DNA of 64,000 nt from contig NC_043009.1 of assembly GCF_006345805.1 (NCBI RefSeq), positions 53,010,001 to 53,074,000 of the forward strand, given 5' to 3'. Source of the DNA: Octopus sinensis. Its lineage: Eukaryota. Below, in pieces: positions 61,030 to 64,000 of this stretch (position 1 is the first letter of the stretch; every line of letters begins with the position of its first letter). Made by a program: the position numbers and the translations under genes. Under the pieces are notes generated by a model. It had not been told where the DNA came from and searched no databases. It saw only the letters and a program-made list of their open reading frames with translations.

Positions 61030-63045
61030 AAAAATGAAGTTCGAAAATGCTGCTATATTATACAAATTTTTAATTTATATATACATTATAACATGTTTCG
61101 GTTTTGAAATGAACCTTATCAAAAAAAGTTATATATAAAAAAAGATAGTTCATGCTATCAAATATAAAAAATTCATTTATAATACACAATAGAGTCAGAC
61201 ATCAAAAAGTTCATATAGTGTGAAGTGAGTTCGTTCATGCTATATTTTAAAGTGTCTGATGCAGTGGTTCATAGTGGTGATATGCATTCAATATAAAAAA
61301 TAGATCAAAGTGGTGATATGCAGTCAATATAAAAAATTGATGTTCCTGAAAGAGCGAGGAATTCATTTTAGATTTTACCTTTGAGCAACTGTGATGACTT
61401 ATGGTCGGTGTTCGCTGGATGATTCTGGCAAACCTTGTGAATTGTTCGGGTTTTATAACACCTGTTAGGTGGTCAGTCCAGCGTAACGTGACGTCATCAA
61501 CGTTTTGACCAATCGCTTCGTTAGGTGGCTTAGTCAAGCAGAACGAGACGTCATCAACATTCTGACCAATCGCGACCTATAGCTGTATTAGAACTGCCTC
61601 TTGTCTGTATCCTGTTTTGACCAATCGTTTCGTTAGGTGGCTTAGTCAAGCAGAACGGGACGTCATCAAAATTCTGACCAATCATGACCTATAGCTGTAT
61701 TAGATCTGCCCCTTGTCTGTTTCCTGTTGGGTGACTTGTCAAGCAGAAAGGGACGTCATCAATATTCTGACTAGTCCCGGCCTATAGTTGTATTAGATCT
61801 GCCCCTTGTCTGTATCCTGTCCAGTCGAACAGAACTAGACGTCATTAACGTGTTGACCAATCAGAATCGGGTCTGACCCTTAGCTGTATCGTATGTGGCC
61901 AGTTCATCAGGGTTAGATTTGTTCGAAGAGATCTTTATATAATTTTTTTTCCTTTTTTTCCTAAGGCATATTTCCGTCAATGTGAGTGACTGTTTAAGGT
62001 AGCGGCCGTGGTGGAATTTTGTTTCTCCTTTTCGGAGGACCTATCTTTTGTTTTAATATTCCTGGCCCAGGGTGTTTAAACTTGGTCTAAATTTTTTTAT
62101 GAAATACAGTTCTTTATTTTGGCGTTGCGTGAAGGTTGCGTTGTCACTGAATTTATAGAGCGGGTAAGTTGTAAATTTCGGATTTACATTTCCAGCACAT
62201 CTATCTATGTGTCCGCTGACCGGTATTTTCCGGTAATCAGGGTTTCTAATTTGTGATTTATGCACCGCCATCCTGTTACGTAAGCTATTTTTTGTATGGC
62301 CTATATACTGCCTATTGCAGCCTGCGCATGTTATGACGTAAATTAAGTTTTTTGATGCGCAGGTGAAGTTTGCTCTAATGGTGAACTGGTGGCCTTGTTC
62401 CAGTATAAATTCTGATCCTTCTATCAAGATGACGCAGATTCCGCAGTTGGGCCTCCCACATTTTCTAACTGCTGGTTTTGTGGTTGATGTTGAGTGCAGT
62501 TTAGCTTGGGTTAAAATCCTTTTCAAGGATTTTGGTTGCCGTTTACTTTTAATGATGGTGTGTGTTTCGAGGATCCGGTTCATCTTTGGGTCTCCCTTTA
62601 GTAGGGCTGTGCTTTGTAGTATGGTGCTGAAGGCCTCATTGTTGAGTGGGTTGTGTGTAGAGATGTAGGGAAGGGTTTTTAATTGTTCTTTCTTTTTTGG
62701 TTTTGTTTGTCTCAGGTCTTCTACACTTAATTTGAGTGCCCTTTGGATTGCACTGTCTATTAGGGGCTGTGGATAGTTTCTATTTGTGAGTGTTGTTTTA
62801 AGTTCCTGGAGACGTGTGTGTCGGGTGTTTGTGTCTGATATTATGGTGCAGATCCTTCTAGCTAAACAAAAAGGGACATTTATTCTTGTGTGTCGTGGGT
62901 GGCATGAATTAAAGGGTAGGTATTGTTTGGAGTCTGTCGGTTTATAGTAGATATCTGTCTCTATTTTTTTGCCGGTTTTCTTAATGAGGAGTCTAAAAAT
63001 GGCAATTCTCTTTCGTTGTGATCCATCGTGAATTGTATATTGTCA
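61030..63045 (-). pseudogene. 5'-truncated PLE (Cys-linker, Neptune-like): thumb, GIY-YIG, repeat-containing 3' UTR
   Basis: LPFLD, YYKPTDSKQYLPFNSCHPRHT, CGRPNCGIC, NLIYVITCAGCNRQYIGHT. Confidence 0.9.
61490..61870. promoter_or_regulatory. Tandem repeats containing (G)ACGTCAT plus CCAAT motifs inside the PLE 3' UTR
   Basis: acgtcatcaa-N6-gaccaatc or a close variant occurs five times; function is inferred only. Confidence 0.35.
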
Positions 63046-63060
63046 TTTATTGTCATATAT

Positions 63061-63154
<94 letters not shown>

Positions 63155-63179
63155 AAAATATATGTATGTATGTGTATGC

Positions 63180-63383
63180 ATATTTTTGCGTGTCTGTGTT
63201 TGTCCCCCACATCGCTTGACAACCGATGCTGGAGTGTTTACGTCCCCGTAACTTAGTGGTTCTGCAAAAGAACCGATAGAATAGGTACTAGGCTTACAAA
63301 GAATAAGTCCTGGGGTCGATTTGCTCGACTAAAGGTGGTGCTCCAGTATGGCCACAGTCAAATGACTGAAACAAGTAAAAGAG

Positions 63384-63385
<2 letters not shown>
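63180..63385 (+). mobile_element. SINE 3' half with CR1-like tail
   Basis: gtttgtcccccacatcgcttgacaacc…ggtggtgctccagtatggccacagtcaaatgactgaaac. Confidence 0.85.
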
Positions 63386-63415
<30 letters not shown>

Positions 63416-63442
63416 TTTTTATATAAAAATATATATATAAAG

Positions 63443-63524
<82 letters not shown>

Positions 63525-63556
63525 GTATAAATAAATATATAAATATATATATATAT

Positions 63557-64000
63557 ATCGGGTTGGCAACTAAGTTCCTGCCGTTTTTTAAAATTTAAAT
63601 CTTTTAAAAGGCTTAATAAAAAATAACAACTAATTAATCAACAATGTATTCACCCTTGTTGTTTACAACTTCTTCCTAACGTTCAACAGAATGTTCAGTA
63701 CCTCGTTGGTAGAAATCACCCAATTTCATCTCGTAAAATTGATCTAGCTCTCAATTCTGCGTCAGTATTGAACGAAACTCAGCGCATAGAACGAAAGAGG
63801 TGGAAATCCGTTGGTGCCAAATTAGGAGAGTACGTCGGGTGTTGCAGCACTTCCCAACCATGCGTTTGAGTGGCTTCTTTGGTCATATTGGTGATATGAG
63901 GGCGGGCGTTGTCGTACAGCAGAAGAACTCCATGCTGCCGATTAGGTCTTTTCTCTTGAATAGCCGTGTTGAGTCCTTCCATCTGTTGAACATAGAGTTC
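63557..64000 (-). mobile_element. mariner element 3' part (runs off window)
   Basis: YDNARPH…WEVLQHPTYSPNLAPTDFHLF; terminal sequence at ~63557 next to (AT)n. Confidence 0.9.

Noticed and set aside
61870-61915. CTGATGA followed by a CTGGCC/GGTCAG stem (minus)
   Set aside because: No GAAA after the stem

Overview
Eukaryotic, very AT- and microsatellite-rich DNA, most likely from an octopus (inferred from the SINE families and repeat landscape, not from a database match). Most of the window is transposable-element debris: several Penelope-like elements (PLEs; RT plus GIY-YIG), a 3.6-kb CR1-clade LINE and fragments of it, mariner/Tc1/maT elements, MITEs, a non-autonomous Helitron, tRNA-derived SINEs, CCHC-knuckle gag-like relics and a Gypsy gag relic. 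Three phase-compatible minus-strand exons (16089-15944, 12481-12328, 10944-10734) appear to encode the C-terminal ~170 aa of a Cys-rich host protein. The most notable signal is a set of non-coding elements carrying type I hammerhead ribozymes (HHRs) that I folded by eye. Ten HHR copies in five groups are visible. Three groups form head-to-tail units of 494, 475 and 453 bp with one HHR per unit. Three related subfamilies show compensatory stem changes and a palindromic stem III. Most 3' ends abut (AT)n tracts. This matches a retrozyme-like system (self-cleaving, possibly circular RNA, mobilised by PLE proteins). Degenerate minimal HHR motifs also sit in the tails of most PLE relics. All RNA folds are manual; activity and expression are untested. 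Some 1-nt indels and fold-backs could be assembly artefacts. Boundaries of decayed elements are approximate.
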